Shown: one piece after another, positions 48,165 to 59,402 of the stretch | How positions within the stretch are numbered: the first letter of the stretch is position 1 | How the letters are laid out: every line of letters begins with the position of its first letter | Assembly: GCA_009859145.1 (NCBI GenBank) | Contig: VRVR01000005.1 | Span: 444,848-508,847 of the forward strand | Origin: Andalucia godoyi And28 | Lineage: Eukaryota > Protista > Jakobida | DNA length: 64,000 bases | Reading direction: 5' to 3' | Made by a program: the position numbers and the translations under genes | The notes under the pieces: model-generated | Seen by the model: only the letters and a program-made list of their open reading frames with translations | What the model was told of the DNA's origin: nothing | The model's database searches: none

Positions 48165-51100
48165 TCAGTACCCTCCTTTCTTTTTCGACGAGAATGGCGT
48201 CGTCATCATGTTCTGCGACCGACTTCTGTCCTTGTCATGAAGAATGCTCTCCAATGCGAGCAGCGAAGCAGACTGGTCTTTCCGGACTGTTGATTCCAGC
48301 ATGGACAGACGATCGGCAAGAACATCAAATGAACCTGAAGTGTTCACGGATCTGTGAAGAGCACTTCCAGGACTCGTCACATGAGAGGGGTGACTGGGGT
48401 TGGAGGAGGATTCAGCAAGAGGAGTGTTTCGGAATATGTCCAACGCTCGCTGCAAGGCTCGGACGGTTTTCTCAAGAGATGAGCACTTGTCCGTAAGTGC
48501 CTGTATGCGAACATCGTTCACAGACCACTTTTGCGTGTCGTCGGATCGAGAACGGCGATCAACGTCCTGCAGTTTCTTCTCCACGCTGTCCACAATGTCG
48601 CGACTGGCGGACGCAAGCGCATTTCTGACCTGTGCATCCACATGTTGCTTCAGCTCGGAAATTTGTTCGCGCAAACGGGACTCCTCATCGACCCGCGCGC
48701 GAATTGACTCCTCTTGAACCCATCGAGACTCGTCAGAGAGACGGTCTACCATTTCCTGTTGCTTCTTGATCAACGCTTCCGCTTTTCTTTGTCCATTGGT
48801 CGTTTCTCTTCGCACGAGATCCTGCAAATCGAGACGCAGGGATTGCTCTGTCGCTTCCGTCTGAATTCTCATTTGCTGCGCCATATCATCACGTATTGCC
48901 GTCCAGACATCGGTCCTTTCCTTCGCCATCTCATCTCTCAAATCGGTAATCGATTTGGACACCAAATCTTCCGTGATTCGACGTGCACCTGCAACTGCAG
49001 CGGACGACTCGCTGCTGACACGAATCAACGTATCGCTTAGCTTCTGGTCAATTCCCTGCACAAGAGTCGACTGAATATGCTCCCGTAATCGGTGGAAATC
49101 TGCTGCACAGTCCTTCTGCAGCGTTTCCAAAGACCGAGCAGAAACACGAGTAGTCTCTTCAACAGTGTTCAGACGGTGCGTCAGCGAATCTAGGTGGCTT
49201 TCTTGACCCTCGACACGAACAACGATTGCTTCTTGACCAGTGGAAATTTTCTCAAAAGCCGCCATCAGTGTTCGAATATCCTCCACAACGTCTTGGTATC
49301 CCGCGGCTTGCTGTGTGCAGAACTCTTCCCAAAGGCTATTGCGCTGTACCTCAACGTCCATCCGATCCGTTTCAACTCGAGCAAAGAGTCGATCTTGCAA
49401 GTTTGTTAAGCGACCATGAAAATCGTCCGTCAACCTCTTTCGTTCGATATCCAAGACTTTGTGGATCTGCGGAATCACTCGCGAGTGCAGCACCGAATCC
49501 AAATGCGGTTCGGACACAGCAGACTCTGTCGTTCTTAGGACTTCCACGGCAGACTCCACGCGTGACAAGCGATTTTCAAGGTCTTCTCCCCGTGCTCTCT
49601 CTGTTTGAAGCATGCTTTCCAGAGAAACTGCTCTTTGTTGCTCTTTAACGAGTTTGGAACGAATTTCTTCTTCAAGCTGCCTTTCAGTTGTCAAATCAGA
49701 CTGCAGCATTTGGGCCTTGTGTTGTTCATCTTGGAGCAGAACTTGTAGCTTGTCCTTTTGGTGTCTTTCAGCATCGACTTCCTCCTGAAGACTTCGGAGC
49801 ACGTGCTTATCCTGAGCCAGATCAAATTCTGCAAGATGAAGCGCATCCACAATTGCAGCATACTGCCGCTCTGCTTCCTGTGCACGATTTGTTTCCTTTT
49901 CTAATGTCCTACTGGTGTTTCTCTCAATGTCTGCCAGCTGATGATGGAGACTGTCGATGGATGCTTGCGATTCAGTAATTCTGCGCTCCCGCTCTTCCAA
50001 CTGATTTTCCAGTTTTCGAACCACCTCTTCGCGAGCAAACAGGTCGCCTTGAAGGGCCTCTGTTCGCTCCGCTTGCTTGTTCAATCGGTTTTCAAGGAGT
50101 TCCAATCTCGACCTTTCAGCATCCAGCTGTCTCTGCATACCAGCAACACGGGCTTTCTCTTCTTGCGTTTGAATCTCTGCAAGGACCGCTCTTTTCTTTT
50201 CCAGAGCAAGCGCCTCATCTGCCCTGTTTTGCTCTGCTATAAGTTGTTCTTCCAGGGTTCGGCGCCGTAATACCTCCTGAGCCAGTTGTTCCTCAAGCTC
50301 GGCCACCTTACCGAGTTGAACAGAACTCGCCGACATCGAATCACTCGCAAGAGCTTCATCATTTTGTTCTGCGGATGCATTGCTCTCCAGCTGAGAGCGA
50401 ATGGCTTGCGCTGCCTTCTTCTGCAGCTCCAAAGACTTTTGGTACTGTGCAACTTTGATGGGATCCTTTTCGGCAGCGATCTTGCTCTCTAAGCCCTGAA
50501 TGCGCTCCGTGATCAATTCAAGGAGCGAATTCATATCGTCTTGCGTCGTTACGCGCTGATGAGAGGAGCCGGCTGCAATCCTATTCAGCCGCAGAGTGTT
50601 TTGAATGGTTTCATCGACATCCATCCCCAGCAACTGCAAATCCGTCAGCGTCGTATTCATGCGAATTGCATCTGCCAATGCAGCACCTGCCTTCGAAGTC
50701 GCTGTCTGCTGTTCCACATCCAAAATGAGATGTGAGAGTGTGGTGTTCACTCGCAAGGCATCTGCAATCGCTAGCGAACTCTCCGCCCCGAGCTTGACCC
50801 CTTGTAGATCGAGCCGCTCTAGCACTGCGTTGACACAGAGCATCGAAGCGAGCGCCAAACAACCACCAGTATCGATTCTGTTCGAGCCAAGATACAATTC
50901 TCGGAGAGAGCGGTTTGTCTCCATTGCTTTCGCCAATAGCGACGCACCCACGGATGTAATCAAGTTTGATCGCAAATTGAGTTTCAGTAGCGTCGCATTC
51001 GTTGACAGGCCCGTTGCAATGTGTGGAATGCCGTCATCTCCAATCCCGCACGAGCCAAGATCCAAGTCTCGCAGCTTACATGCCGGATTTGCCAAGCAAA

Positions 51101-51845
51101 CCCCCAGGCGGCTGGCGCCTGCAGATTCACACCGGTTGAAGCACAAGTTCAGTCTTTCCAGCTTTGTGAAAACGCAGAGTGCTGCCAATTCTTCCGTTCC
51201 CGCTGCAGATATGGTGTTACCAGACAGTGACAGCTTCTTGATGTGCGATGAGCGCATGAGCTGAGACACAAATGAAGAAAGGACCTCATCTGTGATCCCG
51301 CACTTATCAAGAACGAGGTCTTCAATTGGACATCCTGCTGAAAAGCACTGACCAAGAAGCTGACCGTATTGCAAGTTTAGCCTCGTTCCAGACAGGTTTA
51401 GGCCAGACAGTGACTTGTTCTCGCACAAGGAGCGCAGTAGCGCAGCGACGCTCGCATTGCCGAGTGGATGACTTTCGAAATTAAGCTGTGCTACTCGGTC
51501 CGTCTTTCGCAACGTTTCTGACAGCGCGAGCACGTCTGATTCTGTCAAAGGGCGCTTCCGATGTGAGAACGATATTGCTGCCGGTTTTGAGTCGGAGAGA
51601 GCAAGTGCAACTTCCGGTAACGGGTCCGTTTGAAGCACGGAGCAATGGTCGATGTAGTCTCGGACCAGTGGATTGTCTCTGTCCACCAGTCTATCTGGAG
51701 TACGGGGCGAGAAAGTATACAGCGTGGACGACATCGTCTGAGAAGAAAATGTGGATTTATGAAGATTGGAAGAAGAGAGTTGTGCAGGAAAAAAGGAGGA
51801 AGCAGCAGGGTGTGGTTTTGGGAAAGCAGGTCGACGCTTCTCCAT
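48165..51845 (-). CDS. RI-like leucine-rich-repeat (NLRC3/RanGAP-type) protein with long coiled coil; start uncertain (51845 or 51734)
   Basis: Repeats L.L..N.I...G...LA..L..N..L..L (e.g. LLKLNLRSNLITSVGASLLAKAMETNRSLRELYLGSNRI) followed by an E/Q/R-rich heptad region. Confidence 0.75.
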   Translation of the reverse strand: MEKRRPAFPKPHPAASSFFPAQLSSSNLHKSTFSSQTMSSTLYTFSPRTPDRLVDRDNPLVRDYIDHCSVLQTDPLPEVALALSDSKPAAISFSHRKRPLTESDVLALSETLRKTDRVAQLNFESHPLGNASVAALLRSLCENKSLSGLNLSGTRLNLQYGQLLGQCFSAGCPIEDLVLDKCGITDEVLSSFVSQLMRSSHIKKLSLSGNTISAAGTEELAALCVFTKLERLNLCFNRCESAGASRLGVCLANPACKLRDLDLGSCGIGDDGIPHIATGLSTNATLLKLNLRSNLITSVGASLLAKAMETNRSLRELYLGSNRIDTGGCLALASMLCVNAVLERLDLQGVKLGAESSLAIADALRVNTTLSHLILDVEQQTATSKAGAALADAIRMNTTLTDLQLLGMDVDETIQNTLRLNRIAAGSSHQRVTTQDDMNSLLELITERIQGLESKIAAEKDPIKVAQYQKSLELQKKAAQAIRSQLESNASAEQNDEALASDSMSASSVQLGKVAELEEQLAQEVLRRRTLEEQLIAEQNRADEALALEKKRAVLAEIQTQEEKARVAGMQRQLDAERSRLELLENRLNKQAERTEALQGDLFAREEVVRKLENQLEERERRITESQASIDSLHHQLADIERNTSRTLEKETNRAQEAERQYAAIVDALHLAEFDLAQDKHVLRSLQEEVDAERHQKDKLQVLLQDEQHKAQMLQSDLTTERQLEEEIRSKLVKEQQRAVSLESMLQTERARGEDLENRLSRVESAVEVLRTTESAVSEPHLDSVLHSRVIPQIHKVLDIERKRLTDDFHGRLTNLQDRLFARVETDRMDVEVQRNSLWEEFCTQQAAGYQDVVEDIRTLMAAFEKISTGQEAIVVRVEGQESHLDSLTHRLNTVEETTRVSARSLETLQKDCAADFHRLREHIQSTLVQGIDQKLSDTLIRVSSESSAAVAGARRITEDLVSKSITDLRDEMAKERTDVWTAIRDDMAQQMRIQTEATEQSLRLDLQDLVRRETTNGQRKAEALIKKQQEMVDRLSDESRWVQEESIRARVDEESRLREQISELKQHVDAQVRNALASASRDIVDSVEKKLQDVDRRSRSDDTQKWSVNDVRIQALTDKCSSLEKTVRALQRALDIFRNTPLAESSSNPSHPSHVTSPGSALHRSVNTSGSFDVLADRLSMLESTVRKDQSASLLALESILHDKDRSRSQNMMTTPFSSKKKGGY

Positions 51846-52294
51846 CTTGTTCTTTTTTTTCTTGGGGGGGGGGAGCAAAGAAGAAAAAAGAGAGAGAGAG
51901 GAAACGTTGTCCGTGCAAAATCCAAAGGAGAACGGATGCAGCAGCAGACGCTGTTGCAGGGTGCTTGTTCCGGTGCTTTCTTCACTCGTCAGTCGTTGTT
52001 CTTACTGTCTTTGAAGCATCAACTCGATGTTTCCCGTTCCCGCCCCCCAAAAGGAAACTGTCCAGTAGACCGCGTCGAGGTCGAAAACAGGCGACCGTGC
52101 TCCATAGCAGTGGAACGTTGCGTTTTCCACCGTCCACCGCCACCGCCGCCACCAAATCTTTAGACGAAAAAAAAAAAAAAGAAAGAAAGATAGATAGAAA
52201 GGAAGAAAGAAGAGAGAGAGAGAGAGAAAAGAAGTAACACGTGGCAGAAAAAGCCAGGAATGCTGAATACGATTTCAAATCAAAGGTTATTGTG

Positions 52295-54490
52295 ATGTTG
52301 ACGAGCCCTCCTCGGTCGGAGAACACGTCCTTTAATGTCTCGCGACTCAATTTATCCTTACGAGAGCTGATGGATTCACACGACCCGTCGTTTGAGCATG
52401 TGCTGGAAACCGAAATTGATCGGATTCTGCAGAGACGAAGGCGTCGATTGAAAGCCGTTGAATCAAGACATAATTTGTCGGTGTCACTGCTACTTTCTCC
52501 TGATGGAATGGCAAGCGAGACGCCGTCTATGGAATCACAGCAGTCTGTGCAAAGCATCAGTGACGAAGTCTCCACAGAAGAATTAGAAGGCAGCGACGTG
52601 CTCAATGCATCCATATCCAAATCCAGCATATTTCTTTCTCCCATCAGATCGGAAGACAAGGAATTTCGAAACCACAGAATGGCAACCGACAGTCGTGCAT
52701 CGCGGTCCTCGCACTTTGCTTCCAGTGGGATACCAACAAAGAAAGGGTTTGTGTCGTACTTTTCAGATAATTCAATATCGACGCCGAATCAAAGTGAGGA
52801 GTCTGGGGTTTCTGAAAGTCATGGTTTATTTGAAGCATCCATCGAGCCATCTCCTTCAGTTGTCTGCAATGCCAGCTCTGATGCCTCTCCAGATGTGGGG
52901 GTTTCGCTTGCTGATGCAACCAGAGCAATCGAGGAAATGATGCTGGCAGTGATGTCTCTGCGAAAATCGAGCATCGAATTCGAAGAACCAGAGCGAAACG
53001 ATGCACCTTCGTCTTGTGTTCTTCACGAGGAAGACGAATTTGAAGAGCCGGGTCCGTCGAGCGCGCACAATCCCGAAGATTCTGGCCTCGCACGCGCTCT
53101 ACATACCGATTCAACTGCTGCTCCTCTTGTTGTACCCGGGCAGTCTGTCCAGGTAGATCGAATTTCTGCAGTGCAAGCTTCTCTCCGCATCCCGTCCGCG
53201 GACAACATCGGCACCGGTTCGTGCAGCATCGCAGATCGGGCGACTTCCAGCATTCCTGGGAATCAGGAATCTCGGTCCAATGCATCGGGTTTCAAATCTC
53301 ACATGAATTCATCCTTGACTAGATCCCCATTTCCATCTTTCGTCAGCAGCTTTGCAACACCCTCCAAGATGTCTATTGATAAGGAAACCGTGGATTCCCT
53401 TCGGAAGTGGACTCGGAGCACTTTGAAACGGTATGACCGTACACACATTCCAGTCGGCGACTTTAGAAGAATCTCTCCCGAGAGAATTCGATCTCAGTCA
53501 ACGGGGAAATTAACGTCGTCCAGGTCGCAACGCCAGGAACAACAACAACAGCAGCAGCAGCCAGGTCGTTCTTATCAGAGCTCTTCAGTCAGTCTGGTGA
53601 AGCTCTTTCCCAGCCAGGATTTTCGCTGGAGAACTGCGCTGGATCACCATGCTTCCAGATTTGATCCAGCAGGTCCATTCTCACGGTCGCCACCACCGAC
53701 TGTTGGTACCACCACCGCACTTTCGCAGCTTCGTACTCTTTCTGGCCCATCTCGTAATACTGAGGAAATGTCGGAACCCCACGAAGACTCTGCCTTTTCA
53801 GAACAATCTTCTTCAATCGTGATCCCGCGACTTTCTCTTGAAAGTGTTGCACCGACCATTTCTCCAGCTGAATCCTCTGTTCGATCGAAACGTAGTGCTT
53901 CCGAATACGAGGCCTCCCGAAGTCGTTCGGCTTCCGTGTCGGACGCCTCGCGAACACGTCCATTTTCTGTCCCGGACAACTCCTTGACAAGCTATAACTC
54001 CGAAGTTCCGTGCCTTCCTGCCCATCCTCTATTATTCTTGATCTACATGCCCAATGATCTCCAACACCAGGGATATCTGCAGAATTCTTTACTTCATGCG
54101 TTGACCAAAGTCCACGAGACGTGGGATCTTTTAAACAGGAAAGGTGTCGTGCTGATGAAGACCAGTGCAGACGGCGCAGTGGAGCGTCGAATGTTCAAAA
54201 TTCGAGAAAAGGGAGACATGCTAATCTGGAGCAAAGGAAAACTGCACAAAGCGAAAGGCGTTTCCTTTGCATCCATCGACAAGATCACGATTGGATCTCC
54301 AACACGCAGTCTTCGCTCCTGGGCAAGCTCGGTGCAGCAAGAGGATGCTGAGCTCCCATTGAGAACCCTACAAGTGCAGTCGGAGGGTCGCCAGTTAGAA
54401 CTGTTTTGTCCGTCCATCCCGTGGACCGCCCAGCTTGCGACAGTGCTCTGTTTTGCCAAACAGAAGATGTCGACTGTGCATCGCGCATAG
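52295..54490 (+). CDS. S-rich protein with a C-terminal PH-like domain
   Basis: C-terminal KGVVLMKTSADG...RRMFKIREKGDMLIWSKG...VSFASIDKITIG...LQVQSEGRQLELFC resembles PLC/Num1-type PH domains. Confidence 0.55.
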   Translation: MLTSPPRSENTSFNVSRLNLSLRELMDSHDPSFEHVLETEIDRILQRRRRRLKAVESRHNLSVSLLLSPDGMASETPSMESQQSVQSISDEVSTEELEGSDVLNASISKSSIFLSPIRSEDKEFRNHRMATDSRASRSSHFASSGIPTKKGFVSYFSDNSISTPNQSEESGVSESHGLFEASIEPSPSVVCNASSDASPDVGVSLADATRAIEEMMLAVMSLRKSSIEFEEPERNDAPSSCVLHEEDEFEEPGPSSAHNPEDSGLARALHTDSTAAPLVVPGQSVQVDRISAVQASLRIPSADNIGTGSCSIADRATSSIPGNQESRSNASGFKSHMNSSLTRSPFPSFVSSFATPSKMSIDKETVDSLRKWTRSTLKRYDRTHIPVGDFRRISPERIRSQSTGKLTSSRSQRQEQQQQQQQPGRSYQSSSVSLVKLFPSQDFRWRTALDHHASRFDPAGPFSRSPPPTVGTTTALSQLRTLSGPSRNTEEMSEPHEDSAFSEQSSSIVIPRLSLESVAPTISPAESSVRSKRSASEYEASRSRSASVSDASRTRPFSVPDNSLTSYNSEVPCLPAHPLLFLIYMPNDLQHQGYLQNSLLHALTKVHETWDLLNRKGVVLMKTSADGAVERRMFKIREKGDMLIWSKGKLHKAKGVSFASIDKITIGSPTRSLRSWASSVQQEDAELPLRTLQVQSEGRQLELFCPSIPWTAQLATVLCFAKQKMSTVHRA

Positions 54491-54499
54491 GACGTCGGT

Positions 54500-55051
54500 C
54501 TATCGGAAAAACTTGACTCCTTCTTCATCGGATGTTGATCCACTAAACAGCTGCGCTTTTCCCCGTCGTTGTAACACTTCCAAGCTTTTTCGTATCATAT
54601 TTGAATCGAGGCCGAAAAATTCTGTACCCGAAGCAAGATCGCCGTGCTGCAATTCGTAAGTCGTACACACAGAGTCCAGAAAGCCGTTGGCCGTAGCCCA
54701 TCTGTATATGATATCGGCCCATTCTTCCGGAGTCTTGTAAAAAACGTAGATTCGAGATTTCTGAGTCTTGTCACAATATTCTGCTCGACCAGCACCCGCC
54801 AATTTCTCGAAAACTAGCAGAATGTTTTCTGGGGACAATGATCTTTGTATCGCTGCATTGCGAAACAATGGAGAATTTCCAGCGACCTCCGTGTCCAAAA
54901 CCCCAATTTTATGGTGCGCACAATATGCCAGCACCAGCTCGCTCCACATTTCCAATTGCTTGGTTCTTGTGATCAACACTGGTTGAATGGTGAAGAACGG
55001 AGGGAATGAGTAAATGGACGGAAATGAAAAATCTGCTGCAGTCTTATCCAT
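54500..55051 (-). CDS. VPS25: ESCRT-II subunit VPS25
   Basis: FSFPSIYSFPPFFTIQP...TRTKQLEMW..LVL.YC, LFRN..IQRSL, YKTPEEWADIIY.W, CTTYEL..GD, KAQLF...GVKFF. Confidence 0.95.
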   Translation of the reverse strand: MDKTAADFSFPSIYSFPPFFTIQPVLITRTKQLEMWSELVLAYCAHHKIGVLDTEVAGNSPLFRNAAIQRSLSPENILLVFEKLAGAGRAEYCDKTQKSRIYVFYKTPEEWADIIYRWATANGFLDSVCTTYELQHGDLASGTEFFGLDSNMIRKSLEVLQRRGKAQLFSGSTSDEEGVKFFR

Positions 55052-55409
55052 GGTGTAAACCAACGCAACGACGTACGAATAGCCCTCTCCAAATACGGGA
55101 AAGAAAAACAGGAAATCAAGATGGAAAAGTGGAGAGAAAAAGCAAAAAAAAAAAAATAAACCAGAATAGGATAGCAAACGAAGACGAGTGGAGAGGCGTG
55201 TTGCAGAGAAGTGAAAAGTCCAAAAAGCGTTCAGAACCCGGAGTTGAGGCTGCTGAGTGCAGGGAATCGTGATAGAAGTGCAGCTCAAAGAATGCGAGGA
55301 AACACTCGAATCACGCAGTTCTGTACGATTCACGAATCGAACAGGCCATTTCCCATCTCGTTTTTCTCTTCTTCGAATTTTTGTTCTTGCTTTTTTATTT
55401 TCCTCCTCG

Positions 55410-55443
55410 TTCTCCATTCTCCATTCTCCATTCTCCATTCTCC
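55410..55443. repeat. (TCCATTC)n heptanucleotide repeat upstream of HDAC1
   Basis: About four to five direct copies. Confidence 0.85.
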
Positions 55444-55489
55444 CAGAAATTCGCGTCGATCCCTGTGAATACGGTGAATACGTTCAGCG

Positions 55490-56773
55490 ATGTCGAAATC
55501 ACGTGTGGCGTACTTTTTTGACCACGATGTCGGCAACTACTACTACGGGCAAGGGCATCCAATGAAGCCTCATCGCATAAAAATGACTCACAATCTGCTG
55601 CTCAACTATGGCTTGTACAAACATCTGGACGTTTATCGGCCTCATCTGGCGTCAGAGGCGGAAATTTCCCGTTTCCACGCAGACGACTATGTGGATTTCC
55701 TTCGTCGAATCACGCCGGAAAACATGGACGAGTTTCAGACGCAAATGCAGCGATTCAACGTCGGAGATGATTGCCCTGTTTTTGACGGAATGTTTGAGTT
55801 TTGTCAGATATCCTCTGGTGGCTCTATTGAGGGCGCCGTGAAGCTAAATCATCATCAGGCGGACATTGCTATCAATTGGGCAGGAGGCTTGCATCATGCG
55901 AAGAAGTCAGAGGCTTCGGGCTTCTGCTACGTTAATGATATTGTGCTCGCGATTCTTGAGCTGCTAAAATATCATGCTCGCGTCTTGTACATAGATATCG
56001 ATATTCACCATGGAGATGGTGTGGAGGAAGCTTTCTATACTACGGACCGGGTAATGACGCTCTCGTTTCACAAATTTGGAGACTACTTTCCCGGCACCGG
56101 CGATATTCGCGACGTCGGCGCTGGCCGCGGCAAATACTATTCCGTCAACTTTCCGCTTCGTGACGGAATTGATGACTGGAATTACCAAAACATCTTTCGT
56201 CCAGTTATAGACTGGATCATGGAGTTCTATCGACCTGGTGCAGTCGTGCTCCAGTGCGGGGCCGATTCTCTGACCGGCGACAGACTTGGCTGCTTCAATC
56301 TGACGCTAAAAGGACATGCAGATTGCGTTCAGTACGTCAAAAAATTTGGGCTGCCCACTCTGGTGCTGGGAGGTGGCGGATATACCGTCCGGAATGTTGC
56401 ACGTTGCTGGACGTATGAAACGGCAGTTTTGCTTGGAAATGAGATTCCGGACGAACTCCCCTACAACGATTATTTTGAGTATTTTGGTCCGGATTTTCGT
56501 CTGCATCTGTCGCCGTCTAACATGGAAAATCTGAATACTCCGGACTATCTGGATCGGCTTAAGCAACGCATCTATGAGAACCTTCGCAGCTTGCAAGGTG
56601 CGCCCGGTGTAATGATGCAGGACGCGCCCCCAGACATGATGATTCTCGAAGATGCTGAAGAGGAAGATCCCGACATCCGAGATAGTCAGCGTTCCATGGA
56701 CCGCCGCGTAATCCACATCTCGGAATTCTACGATGATGATTTTGATAATGACAAGGACGACATGGATGTTTGA
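55490..56773 (+). CDS. HDAC1: Class I histone deacetylase (Rpd3/HDAC1)
   Basis: [75 protein letters not shown]. Confidence 0.98.
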   Translation: MSKSRVAYFFDHDVGNYYYGQGHPMKPHRIKMTHNLLLNYGLYKHLDVYRPHLASEAEISRFHADDYVDFLRRITPENMDEFQTQMQRFNVGDDCPVFDGMFEFCQISSGGSIEGAVKLNHHQADIAINWAGGLHHAKKSEASGFCYVNDIVLAILELLKYHARVLYIDIDIHHGDGVEEAFYTTDRVMTLSFHKFGDYFPGTGDIRDVGAGRGKYYSVNFPLRDGIDDWNYQNIFRPVIDWIMEFYRPGAVVLQCGADSLTGDRLGCFNLTLKGHADCVQYVKKFGLPTLVLGGGGYTVRNVARCWTYETAVLLGNEIPDELPYNDYFEYFGPDFRLHLSPSNMENLNTPDYLDRLKQRIYENLRSLQGAPGVMMQDAPPDMMILEDAEEEDPDIRDSQRSMDRRVIHISEFYDDDFDNDKDDMDV

Positions 56774-57082
56774 TGCGAAAACCCCCTGTTCCAGCGTGTG
56801 TGGACTGCGTCTCTCACACCATCGAAAGGAAGAAAACACTCTTTGCCAGTTGATGCATCGTAAAGAATTTTATGATGTCTTAAGGTTTCACAACAACCAA
56901 TGTTCTCCCGCCCCCATATTTGAGAACTCCATGATCCTGCTGTCGAGAACAGAACGCTCCAGAGCAGTACCAAGCGGGAGATGCCTCATCGAGTAGAAGA
57001 AAAAGAATCAGGAAGTGTTTCAAAAGGTGCTGGCAGCGTGAAACAGAGACCTCCTCTCGAGAGACGTGCATCCGTGTGGAAA

Positions 57083-58708
57083 CTAGTACAGGTATCCAAC
57101 CGTGTCCCAGAAGTTGCAATCTTCATGCTTGACGTTCTGTGCGGACTTCGGATTCGTGTTGAGAATCATGAGCATGTCGCTCTGCTCGTCCCACTGGGGC
57201 CACTGGGTACCTTTCCACGACCCGGGCTGTCCCGAGGCAACGTGGTTGAGCCAGAAGGTCTGCATGGCGTCCACCAAGACAAGCTCGGCGTCCGAAAAAG
57301 AGTAGCCACCCACATTCGGAGTGTCAAAGATGTACGCAAGCTCCACGCCGTGGCACACATGTCCCTCGCAGAACGGGAAGTTGGGGCCCCACGCACCCTT
57401 GAACGACAGTGCCTGCGCGAACTCGTACATGTAGATCTTGTTTCCAGCCTTTGCCAGCTGCGCTGCTGCATTTCTAGACGGGCAGGCGAACATGTAGTTT
57501 GTGCAAAGCGTCACGAGCCAGTCACGCGTGTCCCTGTCTTCTGTTGACGGAATCGGATAATTCTTCAGAATGCGGCCAGTCTGCACAACACCAAACAAGT
57601 CCACAAGAAACGCCTCCGCCTCGATCTTGCTCACGTTGAATGTTGCCCCTTCGAAAATAAACATTGTTCCCTCGTCTGCGTTCGTCCCAATAAGGACAGG
57701 CACCGACGAGTCCACGGGACCCTTGGTCTGCAACACGGCGAGCGGCTGTCCCGGGACGTTATCCGTTCCATCAATCGACGGCGAGAATGCATACACTGTT
57801 CGCAGGGTGTGGACAACGGGGATCTCCGGGGCGCATTTTCCTTGGTACTCGACAAACATGGTGGTGTTCACCTTTCGCATGCACTCAATGTCTGCCGGCT
57901 TGCACCCCACGTGCTTGGCGAGTCTGTCTGCATACTCGAAGTTCTCGGAAACCGTCTTGAGCGGCAGTGCAAACGGATTCGACTCGATGATCACCGCCTG
58001 GAAAAGCCCCTTCGACTTTGGAGACGTCAGATGAACAGCAATCGACGTCCCGCCCGCGGACTCGCCTCCGAGTGTAACCCGGCTTGCATCGCCGCCAAAG
58101 CTCTTGATATTCCTCTGGATCCACTTCAGTGCGAATCGCTGATCTTCCAGCCCATAGTTTCCGATCAGGTCTGCCTGACCCTGCGTATCGGACTTTGACG
58201 CCATGAAGCCCAGTGCACCCAACCGATACGCAATCGTCACGACCACGGCCTTGGATCTCGCAGCCAGGTGCGCACCCGAGTAGAACGGAGACGATCCGCC
58301 TCCTTGCAGGAACCTTCCGCCAGGCAAAAATGCATAGACTGGTAAAAGTTGTCCAGAACCATCCGATGGAGGCACAAACACGTTCACAAAGAGACAATCC
58401 TCGGACTGCACCGTCGGGCACGTCCCCGGCGGCTGGTCGCACGACTGCGGACATCCTGCCCCATAGGACACAGCCTGCCGGACCCCAGACCATGGCGCAA
58501 CCGGCTGTGGATTAGCCCACCGAAGAGCATCCACTGGCGGCGCTGCAAACGGGATCCCCAAAAACATGTCACTGCCCGTCGTCGCATCGACCACTCCTTC
58601 CAGCGATCCTGAGTCCACCGTCACGACCGGCCCGCACAGCACTCCGCTTACAAGAAGAAGCGCCACAGCCCCCACAAGCAGCGCTCGTTGCGGCAGAAAA
58701 GCGGTCAT
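57083..58708 (-). CDS. Secreted type-B carboxylesterase (cholinesterase family)
   Basis: Signal peptide; FLGIPFAAPPV..LRW, SEDCLFVNVF, YRLGALGF, NYGLEDQ..AL.WI..NI..FGGD...VTLGGESAGG (nucleophile Ser), CHGVEL. Confidence 0.93.
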   Translation of the reverse strand: MTAFLPQRALLVGAVALLLVSGVLCGPVVTVDSGSLEGVVDATTGSDMFLGIPFAAPPVDALRWANPQPVAPWSGVRQAVSYGAGCPQSCDQPPGTCPTVQSEDCLFVNVFVPPSDGSGQLLPVYAFLPGGRFLQGGGSSPFYSGAHLAARSKAVVVTIAYRLGALGFMASKSDTQGQADLIGNYGLEDQRFALKWIQRNIKSFGGDASRVTLGGESAGGTSIAVHLTSPKSKGLFQAVIIESNPFALPLKTVSENFEYADRLAKHVGCKPADIECMRKVNTTMFVEYQGKCAPEIPVVHTLRTVYAFSPSIDGTDNVPGQPLAVLQTKGPVDSSVPVLIGTNADEGTMFIFEGATFNVSKIEAEAFLVDLFGVVQTGRILKNYPIPSTEDRDTRDWLVTLCTNYMFACPSRNAAAQLAKAGNKIYMYEFAQALSFKGAWGPNFPFCEGHVCHGVELAYIFDTPNVGGYSFSDAELVLVDAMQTFWLNHVASGQPGSWKGTQWPQWDEQSDMLMILNTNPKSAQNVKHEDCNFWDTVGYLY

Positions 58709-58819
58709 TGCTCTTGTAAAATGAAAATAATACTTGCTAATGATACGACTTGATTAATTCAGACACCAAAAAACCCAATAAGAACAAAAACAGAAAGGAG
58801 AAAAAAAAAAACTAAACCG

Positions 58820-59240
58820 TTGAAGTATAACACGCAATTGTCATGCATACGGAAAGTATGAATAAACAGACACGGTCAATACTGGCCGACACTGGCACGT
58901 TTTGTTTCACAGGAATTCGTGCTTACGCACGCTCGGCCAAAATTCAGTCTGGTTTTTGGTTTCATTTTTTAATTCAAATATGGGCGTGAGTGCGCTGGGA
59001 TGACGCTCTCGCCTACGCCTACGCCGCCCGATGCCAGGGCCCTTCTCAGGAACAACGCGTCACGCTGAGAAAGTGGCGCACAGCTTGATCGAGATTGGGA
59101 ACGGAGCACGGAGCATTTATCTGAAGAGCGCCGTGAGGCGTATTGGGGCCCTGTCACCTTCCCGGCAACGGGATGCATGAATGAATATGCATGTCTATTC
59201 GTAGATATGCATGTTCAGTGTACAATGTAGGCGTGATCCA
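58820..59240 (+). mobile_element. Non-autonomous Fanzor2 element, copy B (shorter; unrelated internal filler)
   Basis: ATAACACG...AACAGACACGGTCAATACTGGCCGA...GCACGCTCGGCCAAAATTCAG matches 25696-25815; TTGATCGAGATTGGGAACGGAGC...GTAGGCGTGATCCA matches 26059-26214, including the identical 30-nt TTCG hairpin. Confidence 0.9.
59130..59240 (+). ncRNA. Putative omegaRNA scaffold (copy B)
   Basis: TCCCG-GCAA-CGGGA (compensatory variant of copy A TCCTG-GCAA-CAGGA), identical TTCG hairpin 59185-59214, GTAGGC 59227-59232; first hairpin loop is mutated. Confidence 0.6.
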
Positions 59241-59402
59241 ATACTGCGGTCATGTATATTTTATGTTTTGAAAATCCATTTTATAAAAATACACAATATT
59301 TTACTTTCTTTGCAACTTCCAATCCTTATCCACAACAACACCCATACGTCTTCACATTCTCTGACAGGTACAGATCAACTCCAGGTTATTTCCAAATGAG
59401 AA

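Noticed and set aside
59238-59248. CAATACTG in the copy B flank matching its own left end (self-targeting)
   Set aside because: An 8-nt match is expected by chance and the following bases diverge
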